Shown piece by piece: positions 38,591-47,848 of a DNA stretch of 64,000 bases. Both the position numbers and the translations under genes were made by a program. A model generated the notes under the pieces. It made no database searches. It worked only from the letters and a program-made list of their open reading frames with translations, and was not told the DNA's origin. How positions within the stretch are numbered: position 1 is the stretch's first letter; each line of letters opens with the position of its first letter. Source of the stretch: Alphaproteobacteria bacterium (GTDB lineage: Bacteria > Pseudomonadota > Alphaproteobacteria > MPNO01 > UBA830); the NCBI GenBank assembly GCA_965243135.1, contig OZ251539.1, forward strand, positions 1,504,001 through 1,568,000, given 5' to 3'.

Positions 38591-40141
38591 ATGACGAGAC
38601 GCATGCTTCCGACCGGCATGACCTCCCTCCGGGAGATCCGGGGGATGGAGTGCTACTACGTCGACAAGACGGAGCATGTGCGCCGCCTCGTCGAGAGGGG
38701 CAAGTACAATTTCCTGTCGCGTCCGCGCCGGTTCGGCAAGAGCCTGCTGGTGGACACGCTGCAGGAGCTGTTCGAGGGAAGCGAGGATCTGTTCCGGGGC
38801 CTCGCCATACACGACGGGTGGGACTGGTCGGCGCGCCATCCGGTCGTGCGGCTGGATTTCAGCGGCGTGGGCCGTTTCGACGGCCCGGACGGGGTTCGGG
38901 GAACCGTGGAAGCGCAGCTGGAAGAGACGGAGATGCAGGCCGGTCTCGAACCGGGCCCCGCCGGGGCGGCGGTCCGTTTCCGGCGCCTGATAAGGACGCT
39001 GCACGAGCGCACCGGACAGCGGGCGGTCGTTCTGGTGGACGAATACGACAAACCGATTCTCGATGCGCTCGGCGACCGGGAACTGGCGCGGGCCAACCGC
39101 GACTTCCTGCGCAGCTTGTACGGGACGATCAAGGCTTGCGACAGGCATCTGCGTTTCGTTTTCCTGACGGGGGTGAGCAAGTTCTCGCAAGCAGGCGTGT
39201 TCTCGGGCCTGAACAACCTGCGCGACATCACCCTCGATCCGCGTTTCGGCGCCCTTTGCGGTTACACGGACGAAGAACTGGACGCGGTCTTCGCCCCGGA
39301 GATCGAGGGCCTGGACCGGGAAGAAGTTCGGCGCTGGTACAACGGGTACAACTGGCGCGGCGCGGAAAAGGTCTACAACCCGTTCGACATCCTCCTTCTC
39401 TTCGAAACGCGCAAGTTCGAGGCGCACTGGTTCCGGAGCGGCACGCCGACCTTCCTCGTCGACCTTCTGTCGCGGCGCCGGGTCGCGGCGCCGGCCCTTG
39501 AGGGGCTTGTCGCGGACGACGAGTTGCTGTCGGCCTTCGACGTCGACGACATCTCGACCGAAGCGCTTTTGTTCCAGACCGGCTACCTGACCATCGTCGG
39601 CGAGGAGGCCGCCGACGGCGGCAGCCTCTATCGGCTGGACTACCCGAACTACGAGGTGAAGTTCAGCCTGAACAAGAGGCTGTTGCGCGCCATGGCGCCG
39701 ACGACGGGGCAGGAGGCGACGCGGCAGGCGGAACTGGCCAGGCTGACGGCGGAGGACGATCCGGAGAAGGTGAGGGCTCTGTTCGAGGCGTTCTTCGCGA
39801 GCGTTCCTCACGACTGGCACCGGAAGAACGACCTCGCGAATTACGAGGGCTATTGGGCGGCTCTCGTCTACTCGCACTTCGCGGCGGCGGGTCTGGACGT
39901 TCGGGTCGAGGAAGCGACCGCCCGCGGACGCCTGGACATGGCTGTGCTCAGCCCGGCGTGCGTGCATCTGTACGAGTTCAAGGTCGTGGACGGGGGGCCG
40001 GAAGGCCGGGCGTTGGCGCAAATTCGGGAGCGCGGCTACGCGGACAAGTACCGGCATCTCGGGGTGCCGATCCGGTTGATCGGCATGGAGTTCGGCCGGA
40101 AAGAGCGCAACATCGTCGGGTTCGAGTTCGAGACCGCCTGA
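38591..40141 (+). CDS. AAA-ATPase-like protein with C-terminal PD-(D/E)XK nuclease domain (intact)
   Basis: YYVDKT, RPRRFGKSL (Walker A), LVDEYDKP (Walker B), FSGLNN, WYNGY, YNPF, GRLDM...YEFK, ALAQIRERGY. Confidence 0.9.
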   Translation: MTRRMLPTGMTSLREIRGMECYYVDKTEHVRRLVERGKYNFLSRPRRFGKSLLVDTLQELFEGSEDLFRGLAIHDGWDWSARHPVVRLDFSGVGRFDGPDGVRGTVEAQLEETEMQAGLEPGPAGAAVRFRRLIRTLHERTGQRAVVLVDEYDKPILDALGDRELARANRDFLRSLYGTIKACDRHLRFVFLTGVSKFSQAGVFSGLNNLRDITLDPRFGALCGYTDEELDAVFAPEIEGLDREEVRRWYNGYNWRGAEKVYNPFDILLLFETRKFEAHWFRSGTPTFLVDLLSRRRVAAPALEGLVADDELLSAFDVDDISTEALLFQTGYLTIVGEEAADGGSLYRLDYPNYEVKFSLNKRLLRAMAPTTGQEATRQAELARLTAEDDPEKVRALFEAFFASVPHDWHRKNDLANYEGYWAALVYSHFAAAGLDVRVEEATARGRLDMAVLSPACVHLYEFKVVDGGPEGRALAQIRERGYADKYRHLGVPIRLIGMEFGRKERNIVGFEFETA

Positions 40142-40285
40142 AGCCGGACGGGCTTGACGTCCTGTCCTGACATTTCGGCAAGCGGGCAACTCCTGCGACA
40201 GGCCAACGTCAGTTCGCGGGTTCGGCCGCGCCTCGTCGAAGGGTTGGTCGCGGCCCTGCGCGCCAAGAGGAGAGGAACGGGCGGC

Positions 40286-40318
40286 GCGGCGCTTTCCCGC
40301 ACCTGCGGAAAGCGCCGC
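40286..40318. terminator. GC-rich hairpin between convergent genes
   Basis: GCGGCGCTTTCCCGC-ACCT-GCGGAAAGCGCCGC, one bulge, no clear U-tract. Confidence 0.4.
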
Positions 40319-40379
40319 TGCGGAGGCGCTGCGTTCCGGAGGCGCGGCAGAACTTGCTGGACGGCTCCGCGGCGCCCGT

Positions 40380-41572
40380 TTACGCCACTAACTCAGGGAC
40401 TCGTTCCGCCGGCGGCGTATTCCGGCTGCGGCCGCAGGCAACGCTGCCGTCGATGACGACCATCCCGATCCCCGGCATGTCTCCCAGCCGGACCGCTTCG
40501 AGAACGTCCTTCCCGGCGCTGTGTTGCGGCCGGTCGAGAAACACGAAGTCCGCAGCGCGTCCTTCTTCGATGAGGCCGCAATCGAGTTCGCGAACCCGCG
40601 CGGTGTTGCCGGTCGCGAAGCAAAACGCGATTTCGGCCGCCACGTCTCCCAAGGACGACAGCATCGCAATCATGCGGAGGATTCCGAGCGGCTGCACGCC
40701 GGATCCCGCCGGTCCGTCGGTGCCGAGAATCACCCGTTCCGTCTGGCCGAGTTCGGCGGCGGTCCGAAGAGCGAACAGCGCCGCCTTTTCGTTTCCGTTG
40801 TGAACGATTTCGATTCCCGCCCGGCACTCCTCGCACAGGCAGCGGATCTGGTCGAGGGGAAGGGCGGTATGGCCGCCGTTGATATGACCGATGATGTCGG
40901 CGCCGGCTTCCAGAACGATGTCCTTGTCGATCAGACCGGACCCGGGAATCGACGGCCCGCCGGTGTGGATCGTCGACTGGAGGCCGTATTTGCGGGCCCA
41001 ATCCACCATCTGCCGCGCCTCGTCGCCCGCCTTGACGCTGCCGAGGCCGATCTCGCCGAGCAGTTTCACGCCGGCTTCGGCGAGTTCCTTGAAGTCCCGC
41101 TCCTCCATGCCCTTCTCGAGGATCGGAGCGCCCGCGTGCACCTTGACCCCCCCCGGCGGAAAGGCGGAGAAGGCGCGCTGCGCCGTGATGCCGAGCGCAA
41201 CGACGCCCTTGGGATCCTTCGGCCGTCCCGGGAGGTGGACTTCGCCGGCCGAGATCATGGTCGTGACGCCGCCGTTCATCGAGGAATCGATCCAGTTCAC
41301 TGGTTCTGCCGCGGCGTCCAGTCTCCGAAGACCGGATGGACGTGGCTGTCGACAAGACCGGGACAGAGGGCCGCGCCGTTGGCGTCGATCACGAGGTCGG
41401 CACCGTCCGCATCGATGTCCTTTTCCTTGCCGAAAGCGGAAATCCGGCCGTCGATCGCAATCAGCGCGTCGGCGTCGAGCACCGGATTTTCGAGGGCTCC
41501 GGACAGCATCAGACCGACGTTTCGAATGACGGTCTTTCCCTTGGGCGCCGTTCTTCCGGCGGGTGCGGCCAT
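40380..41572 (-). pseudogene. ena: Enamidase-like amidohydrolase split by a 1-nt frameshift (41297-41572 and 40380-41300)
   Basis: N part: PGLVDSHVHPVFGDWTPRQNQ then TGA. C part in another frame: NWIDSS.NGGVTTMISAGEVH, HTGGPSIPGS, GHINGG, VHNGN, GTDGPAGSGV. Confidence 0.75.
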
Positions 41573-41595
41573 CTGCTTCCTCCCTGCGCGGCGCG

Positions 41596-42312
41596 CTACA
41601 TTGCCGCTTCGGCAGGCGCGTTGCGCATCGTCGAGGCTTCGAGGCGCGCGCAAAGCTCGTCGGTCGCCTGCACGTCGCCGAAATGCAGGTAGAACGCCTT
41701 GAGCGCGCCGGCGTGCTCCTCGTCCGTCGCGGTCGCGCAGCCGTCGGAAACCATGAGCGTGCGATAGTTCAGCATCATCGCGTCCCGGGCCGTCGATTCG
41801 CAGCAAACGTTGGTCGCCACGCCGCAGACGAGAACGGTTTCGATGCCGTTGTCCTTGAGCACGAGTTCGATGTCGGACGACCCCTGGATGAAGGCGCTGT
41901 AGCGGCGTTTCACGACGCGGCGATCCTCGTCGCGGACGTCGAGAGTCGGCCAAAGCTCGAACGGCCACTCGCCGCGGGTCATCGATCTGATTCGGATTTC
42001 TCCTTTTTCCGGCGTGTTCCGCTCGTGCGCCGCCTTCCACGAAACGGAGGTGTCCGCCGGGGCCAGATTCTGAATCCAGATCACGATGCCGCCGGTCCGG
42101 CGCACCGTGTCGGCAATCCGGTTGACGTTGTCGACCACGGTCTGGCCGACAGGGCAGCCGGCTTGCTGGCTTTCGTCCATGAAGTAGTTCTGCATGTCGA
42201 CGACGACGAGGGCGGTCTTGGCGGTGTCGAAGACTTCGCAGGTATGTTCGCGTCCTTGGCGTTCGACGATGCGGTCGATGTAGCTGCGCGGCATTTCGAA
42301 AGGATGGGGCAT
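41596..42312 (-). CDS. Isochorismatase-family cysteine hydrolase (RutB-like amidohydrolase)
   Basis: VVDMQNYF, KRRYSAF, GVATNVCCESTARDA (Asp-Lys-Cys triad). Confidence 0.88.
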   Translation of the reverse strand: MPHPFEMPRSYIDRIVERQGREHTCEVFDTAKTALVVVDMQNYFMDESQQAGCPVGQTVVDNVNRIADTVRRTGGIVIWIQNLAPADTSVSWKAAHERNTPEKGEIRIRSMTRGEWPFELWPTLDVRDEDRRVVKRRYSAFIQGSSDIELVLKDNGIETVLVCGVATNVCCESTARDAMMLNYRTLMVSDGCATATDEEHAGALKAFYLHFGDVQATDELCARLEASTMRNAPAEAAM

Positions 42313-42414
42313 GTCGGTCTCCCTGATCTCCCCGAATGATACGCCCGCTCGGCGCGGCGGCCAAGCGGTTCGCAGAACGGCTCGGGGCCGGGATCCCGGG
42401 AGCGCGAAAATCCT

Positions 42415-42476
42415 GACGATATTTTAATGAATTCAATTTATAAACAAATGAACTTCGTTTTTTGAATTAGAAAAAT
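42415..42476. promoter_or_regulatory. AT-rich divergent promoter region with inverted repeat
   Basis: AATTCAA (42430-42436) / TTGAATT (42462-42468) in a very AT-rich patch between divergent operons. Confidence 0.45.
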
Positions 42477-42664
42477 CCGCGTGGCCCGTCCTTGCTTTCG
42501 ACCGCCGCTTTCGCAGCCGAAGGGCCGGGACTCCGGGCGCTCGCGAGCGCGATGCGGTTTCGGAAGGACGCATGGGCTGGACAGGCGCAAGGGTTTGTCC
42601 TAGAGAACGAGGAAGAACGAGCGGCCAAGGGGCGAGAAACGTTCGCCGCGTCAGGGGAGGCTTC

Positions 42665-43225
42665 ATGTCGACAAAATCGAACCCCGAGATTCCGAAACCC
42701 ATCCATTTCGGCATCGTCACGATGCCGCGCGCGATCATCGGCGTTATGATCCTTGCCGGAATAGCGATAAATTTCGCCAACGTGATTGGCCGCTACGTCT
42801 TTCTCGAGCCGATCATCTGGGCCGAGGAAATCATGATCTACATCATGGTCTGGACGGTCTTCATCGGCACCGTTCTGGTTTCTTACGAAGGACAGCATCT
42901 CAAGATGGACTTCTTCTCGATCATGCTGCCGTCGCCGTGGAAGGAGATCATCAACCTGATCGCGACGCTCGCGATCCTCGCCGTGTGCCTGTTCGTCATC
43001 CCGCAGAACTGGACCGTCGTCGAGTTGATGTGGAACAACGACCAGCGCAGCGTCGTCGCCGAGATCCCGATGGTGATCCCGCATTTCGCGCTCATGCTGG
43101 GCTTCATCCTGGTGTTCGTGGCGATCGTCGCGCGCTTCCGCTCGCACGTGAAAGGCAGCCTGACGAGCGGCGTCGACGAGATCGTGGAAGAATACGGCGA
43201 GAACGCCGAAGCCTCCGAACGCTGA
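42665..43225 (+). CDS. dctQ: TRAP transporter small permease
   Basis: NVIGRYVF, WAEE, HLKMD; 4 TM helices. Confidence 0.88.
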   Translation: MSTKSNPEIPKPIHFGIVTMPRAIIGVMILAGIAINFANVIGRYVFLEPIIWAEEIMIYIMVWTVFIGTVLVSYEGQHLKMDFFSIMLPSPWKEIINLIATLAILAVCLFVIPQNWTVVELMWNNDQRSVVAEIPMVIPHFALMLGFILVFVAIVARFRSHVKGSLTSGVDEIVEEYGENAEASER

Positions 43226-43257
43226 TTCACCGAGACGACGAGACAAGGAACGTTTCC

Positions 43258-44532
43258 ATGGAATGGGTAATGGCGATCGTCCCGGTGATATTGCTGCTGC
43301 TGGGCTTCCCGATCTTCGTAATTCTTCTGGCCACGGCGGCAATCGTCTTGATGCTGTTCGCGCCGGTGCCGCCGATGGCGGTTCACATCAACATGTTCGG
43401 CAGCGTGGACAAATTCGCCCTGATGGCGGTGCCGTTCTTCATCTTCGCCGGCGAGTTGATGGGCCACGGCGGCATCTCGAAGCGCATCGTGGCATGGGTC
43501 CTCTCGATCATCGGCGGCGTTCGGGGCAGCCTGGCGCTGACCACCGTCGGCACCTGCACGGTCTTCGGCGCGATTTCGGGATCGAGTCCCGCGACCGTCG
43601 CGGCGGTCGGAAGACTGCTTTACGGACCGCTTCGCAACGCGGGTTACGACGAGAAATTCTCGTCCGGCTTGCTGGCGTCCTCGGGCGCCATCGCCATCGT
43701 GATCCCACCCTCCATCGGCATGATTCTCTACGGCGCGTCGGCCGAACAGTCGGTCGCCCTTCTCTTCATCGCGGGCGTGATTCCGGGCTTGGTCATGGCG
43801 TTTCTGATGGCCGCTTACATCTACGCGTTCGCCATCCGCCGTGGCATCCGCGAGGCTTCCGGGTTCTCCCTGGGCGCTTTCATGGTCGCGAGCAAGGAGG
43901 GCGTGTGGGCATTGGGAACTCCGGTCATCATCCTCGGGGGAATATACGCCGGGGTGTTCTCGCCGACGGAGTCGGCCGGCATCGCCTGCGTTTACGCTAT
44001 CCTGGTGACCCGTTTCGTTTACGGAGACATCAGCTGGAAGGGCATCTGGCAGGTCTCCGTCAACTCGATGTACCTGACCGCCCAGGTTCTGATCATCGTC
44101 GCCGCCGCGGGCGTCTTCTCGCAGCTTCTCACCATCAGCGGCGTGCCCCAGAGCGCCGTCGCCGCGATCCAGGAAATGAACCTGGAGCCGTGGATGGTGT
44201 TGCTCGTGATCAACGTCTTCCTGCTGTTCGTCGGCTGCCTGCTCGATCCGGGGTCGGCAATCCTCGTGCTGACTCCGTTGCTTGCGCCCATCGCGTTGGC
44301 GATCGGCGTCGACCTGATCCATTTCGGCATCATCATGACGGTGAATCTGGCGATCGGCATGTTCACGCCTCCCTTCGGGCTCAACATCTTCGTGACCCAG
44401 GCGCTCTTCAAGGCGCCGCTGACGAGCATTTATCCCGGGCTGGTGCCGTTCATCTTCATCAACATCGTCGCGCTGCTGATCGTCACCTATATTCCGGAAC
44501 TGTCGCTTTTCCTGACCCGCTACGTGAACTGA
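43258..44532 (+). CDS. dctM: TRAP transporter large permease
   Basis: AVPFFIFAGELM, FGAISGSS, IPPSI, FSPTES, TPPFG. Confidence 0.92.
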   Translation: MEWVMAIVPVILLLLGFPIFVILLATAAIVLMLFAPVPPMAVHINMFGSVDKFALMAVPFFIFAGELMGHGGISKRIVAWVLSIIGGVRGSLALTTVGTCTVFGAISGSSPATVAAVGRLLYGPLRNAGYDEKFSSGLLASSGAIAIVIPPSIGMILYGASAEQSVALLFIAGVIPGLVMAFLMAAYIYAFAIRRGIREASGFSLGAFMVASKEGVWALGTPVIILGGIYAGVFSPTESAGIACVYAILVTRFVYGDISWKGIWQVSVNSMYLTAQVLIIVAAAGVFSQLLTISGVPQSAVAAIQEMNLEPWMVLLVINVFLLFVGCLLDPGSAILVLTPLLAPIALAIGVDLIHFGIIMTVNLAIGMFTPPFGLNIFVTQALFKAPLTSIYPGLVPFIFINIVALLIVTYIPELSLFLTRYVN

Positions 44533-44566
44533 GCGCGCGGGCCGGCAGCGCTTCCGCGGCCGCCTG

Positions 44567-45454
44567 ATGGAGCAGCGCAGGCTCGGGCTTCTGGCGCTGG
44601 CGTTGACAGTGTTCTGCTTCGGAACGTTGTGGACGGCGGCCAAGGTCGCGATCGACCACATCCCGCCGTTGTGGTTCACGGCCGGCCGGTTCGCGATCGG
44701 CGGCGTCTTCGTCGCGTCGATTCTGGCCGCATACGGCCAGTTGCGCCTGCCGCCGCGCGCCGACGTTCCCATCATTCTGAGCGTCGGCGGGCTGATGTTC
44801 GGCGTCTATTCCTCGATTTTCCAGAACGCCCTGGAATTCGTCCATGCCGGGCGGGCGACCATTCTCGGATACACCACGGCGATCTTCGTCACCCCGGCGG
44901 CGGTCCTGTTTCTCGGCGAGAGACTGCCGCGGACGAGGTTGATCGGACTGCTGGCCGCGACGGCCGGATTTCTCGTGCTGTTCAATCCGTCCGAACTCGA
45001 CTGGTCCGACGCCGACACGCTCGTCGGCAACGGGATGATCCTGTTCTGCGTCATCCTGTGGTCGGGCGTGATCCTGCATCTCAGGGTGCACCGGCAGGCG
45101 TCCGACACCTTGCAGCTGGTGCCGTACTTCCTTCTGACCGCCTTCGTCGTGGCGTTCGTATCGGCGTTGTCGTTCGAGGGCGTCCCGGACTTCGAGGTCA
45201 CGGGCACGGTCTGGGCGCTCTACCTGTATTCCGGGGTCGTCGTCAGCGGCCTCGGCAACTGGGGCGTCACGACCGCCATCAGGAATCTGCCGTCGGCCGT
45301 GTCCACGGTAGGTCTTCTCGGCGTGCCCGTGCTGGCGCTGGTCATCAGCGTCCTGCTGCTCGAGGAGAAGCTGACCTACTCGCTGGCGGCCGGGATCTGC
45401 CTGATCGTCGGCGGGATCGCAGCCGTAACCCTGTCGAAGGAGAAGCCATCATGA
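44567..45454 (+). CDS. DMT/EamA family transporter
   Basis: About 10 hydrophobic helices; IPPLWFTAGRF, FLGERL. Confidence 0.85.
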   Translation: MEQRRLGLLALALTVFCFGTLWTAAKVAIDHIPPLWFTAGRFAIGGVFVASILAAYGQLRLPPRADVPIILSVGGLMFGVYSSIFQNALEFVHAGRATILGYTTAIFVTPAAVLFLGERLPRTRLIGLLAATAGFLVLFNPSELDWSDADTLVGNGMILFCVILWSGVILHLRVHRQASDTLQLVPYFLLTAFVVAFVSALSFEGVPDFEVTGTVWALYLYSGVVVSGLGNWGVTTAIRNLPSAVSTVGLLGVPVLALVISVLLLEEKLTYSLAAGICLIVGGIAAVTLSKEKPS

Positions 45455-46203
45455 CCTGCGCGGACAAGAGCGTCATCGTGACCGGGGCGGCGAGCGGCAT
45501 AGGCCGCGCCTGCGCGAAGCGCCTGCTTGCCGACGGCAACCGGGTCGCCGCGGTCGATTTCGATCGCGCCGCGCTCGAAAGGGAGTTGGGCGCCGAGAAC
45601 GAAGCGCTGAAACTGATCGCGGGCGACGTCGCCCGCACGGAAACGGCGGAGACCGCGGTCGCGAAGTCGGTCGCCGCGTTCGGCGCCGTCGATGGACTTG
45701 CCCATTTCGCGGCGGCGCATTCGAAGCTCAACTGGGAAAGCGCCGACGAGGAGGAGTTCAATCGCATCCTGTCGATCAACGTGACGGGCTCGTTTCTGAT
45801 GGCGAAGGCGGCGGCGAAAGCGATGATCGCTCGCGGCACGGCGGGCGCGATCGTCCTTACCGCATCCGGCGGCGTCCTGATGGGCGGAACCGGCGAGCAG
45901 GGGAGAGGCGGTCCCGCCTATACGACCTCCAAGGGCGGCGTCCTGGTCCTGGTTCGCGCCCTCGCGAAGTCCTGGGGCCGGTACGGCATCCGCGTGAACG
46001 CCGTCAGCCCCGGCGTGGTCGAAACCGCGATGACGGCGGAATACACCGCCGACGCCAAGGCGGGCGCCGCGGCGCGCAGCGCGCTCGGCCGCATATCCCG
46101 CCCCGAAGAGCAGGCGGCCGCCGCCATCTGGTTGCTGTCGGACGGCGCCAGCTTCGTTACCGGCGAAAACCTCAACGCGAACGGCGGCGCCGCCTTCGGA
46201 TAA
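45451..46203 (+). CDS. Short-chain dehydrogenase/reductase
   Basis: TGAASGIG, YTTSKG, IRVNAVSPG; ATGA overlap. Confidence 0.9.
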   Translation: MTCADKSVIVTGAASGIGRACAKRLLADGNRVAAVDFDRAALERELGAENEALKLIAGDVARTETAETAVAKSVAAFGAVDGLAHFAAAHSKLNWESADEEEFNRILSINVTGSFLMAKAAAKAMIARGTAGAIVLTASGGVLMGGTGEQGRGGPAYTTSKGGVLVLVRALAKSWGRYGIRVNAVSPGVVETAMTAEYTADAKAGAAARSALGRISRPEEQAAAAIWLLSDGASFVTGENLNANGGAAFG

Positions 46204-46309
46204 ACGTTCCCCGCGCCGTCATGGCGCGGCGTTCGCGTCGCCGAAATCGCGCTGCGGGGCGTTCCGTTTCGACCTCCCGCGAAGCCTTCGCCGCCGGCGG
46301 CGGCCGGAA

Positions 46310-47848
46310 TCACGCGGCGGAAGCGGCCCACATTTTCCTGAGTTCTTCGCGCCGGATCTTTCCGCGCTCGTTCTTCGGCAGGGAGTCGACGAACACGATC
46401 CGTCGCGGCCGCCGGGACGCGGGCAGCGTCGCTTCCGCATGAGCCAGGATCGTTTCCGCGTCGGGATCGGCGCCGGAGACGGGCACCACGTAGCAGGCGA
46501 TTTCCTCTCCCCACACCGGATCGGGAACGCCGATGGCCGCGGCCTCGCCGACCGCGGGATGCTTCATCATCGCGGCGTCGATTTCGAGCGGGGCGATCGA
46601 AACCCCGCCGCGCAGGATGACGTCCTTCACGCGTCCCGTGACGGTGACGAACCCTTCGCCGTCCATGACTCCGAGGTCTCCGACGCGCGTCCGTTCCGTC
46701 AGGCGAAAAGCCGTTCGGTCCTGCCAAACGCCGTCGGAGGTGATGGCGGCGACGGCCGTCTGCGGACCGCGGATCGTGATTTCTCCGGGGACGCCGGCGG
46801 GGCACGGCGCTCCGTTCCCGTCGACGATCGCGAGATCCATGTATTTCGCGGGCGGACCGGCCGTGCCGACCCGGCGCATGTCGTGGCGATTGCCGCACAG
46901 CCATCCGCCTTCGGACGCGCCGTAGAACTGGAGCAGGCGGACGCCGTAACGGCTCTCGAACCGGCGCCAGTTGTCGGGCGCGAGCGGCGCCGAACTCGCG
47001 GTCATCAGCCGCAGCGTCGGCGCATGCCCGGGCGGCGCTTCCACCGGATCTTCGAGCAGCATGTTGATCACCGTCGGGACGCCGGCGGCGACGCTGATCC
47101 GGTGCTCCCGCGCCCAGTCGAAGAACCGGCCGCGGGAAAATCCGTCCGCCACGAAGATCGAAAGGCCGAGCTGGACGAAAGGCATGAAGGTGACGATCTG
47201 CGGCGACAGCCAGCTGAAGGTGCGGTATTCGAGCAGGCGGTCGGCGGCGGTCATGCCGGTGAAGTCGATGGTCGAGAGGCCGCACAGCCACAGGCCGAGA
47301 TGGTCCCAGACGACGCATTTGGGGCGGTCGGTGGTCCCCGACGTGGCGAAGACGCATGCCTCGTCTTCCGGGCCGTATTCCCGGCCCGGAGGCGGCAGGA
47401 TCGACGCGTCGGCGGACAGCGAGAAGAACCCCTCGGTTTCGTCGAGGCCGCGAAAGACGGTTTCCGGGCAGCCGGGCGCGAACGGCCCGCCGATGTCGGC
47501 GCGGCGCGCGACGAGCGCCGGGCGGATGGCCGCGAGGATCGAGCGCAGATGGTCCGGCTGAATCTCCGTATGGAAGGGACAGGCCGACGCGCCGCAGCGC
47601 CACGCCGCGAACATCAGGACCAGTTTTTCCACGCATTCGCCCGACAGGATCGCGACGCGGTCGTTCCGCTTCACGCCGAAGGCCGCCATGCGCGCCGCGC
47701 TGCGCTCGACGGCGTCCCGGAGCGCGGCGAAATCCAGCGAAACGTTCCGGTCGACGGCACGGACGGCGGTCTTGCGCGGATGCCGTTCGGCGAACTCCCG
47801 GAAGGCCGCTCCGAGGGTGCGGAAAGGAATGTCGAGCGGCGGCGTCAC
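46310..47848 (-). CDS. AMP-binding acyl-CoA synthetase
   Basis: TSGTTDRPK, YGASE, GDLG, GRVKD, PKNERGK; GTG start overlaps the upstream TGA. Confidence 0.85.
   Translation of the reverse strand: MTPPLDIPFRTLGAAFREFAERHPRKTAVRAVDRNVSLDFAALRDAVERSAARMAAFGVKRNDRVAILSGECVEKLVLMFAAWRCGASACPFHTEIQPDHLRSILAAIRPALVARRADIGGPFAPGCPETVFRGLDETEGFFSLSADASILPPPGREYGPEDEACVFATSGTTDRPKCVVWDHLGLWLCGLSTIDFTGMTAADRLLEYRTFSWLSPQIVTFMPFVQLGLSIFVADGFSRGRFFDWAREHRISVAAGVPTVINMLLEDPVEAPPGHAPTLRLMTASSAPLAPDNWRRFESRYGVRLLQFYGASEGGWLCGNRHDMRRVGTAGPPAKYMDLAIVDGNGAPCPAGVPGEITIRGPQTAVAAITSDGVWQDRTAFRLTERTRVGDLGVMDGEGFVTVTGRVKDVILRGGVSIAPLEIDAAMMKHPAVGEAAAIGVPDPVWGEEIACYVVPVSGADPDAETILAHAEATLPASRRPRRIVFVDSLPKNERGKIRREELRKMWAASAA

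Noticed and set aside
41297-41299. Selenocysteine or readthrough TGA in enamidase
   Set aside because: Homology continues in a different frame, so readthrough would not restore the protein.
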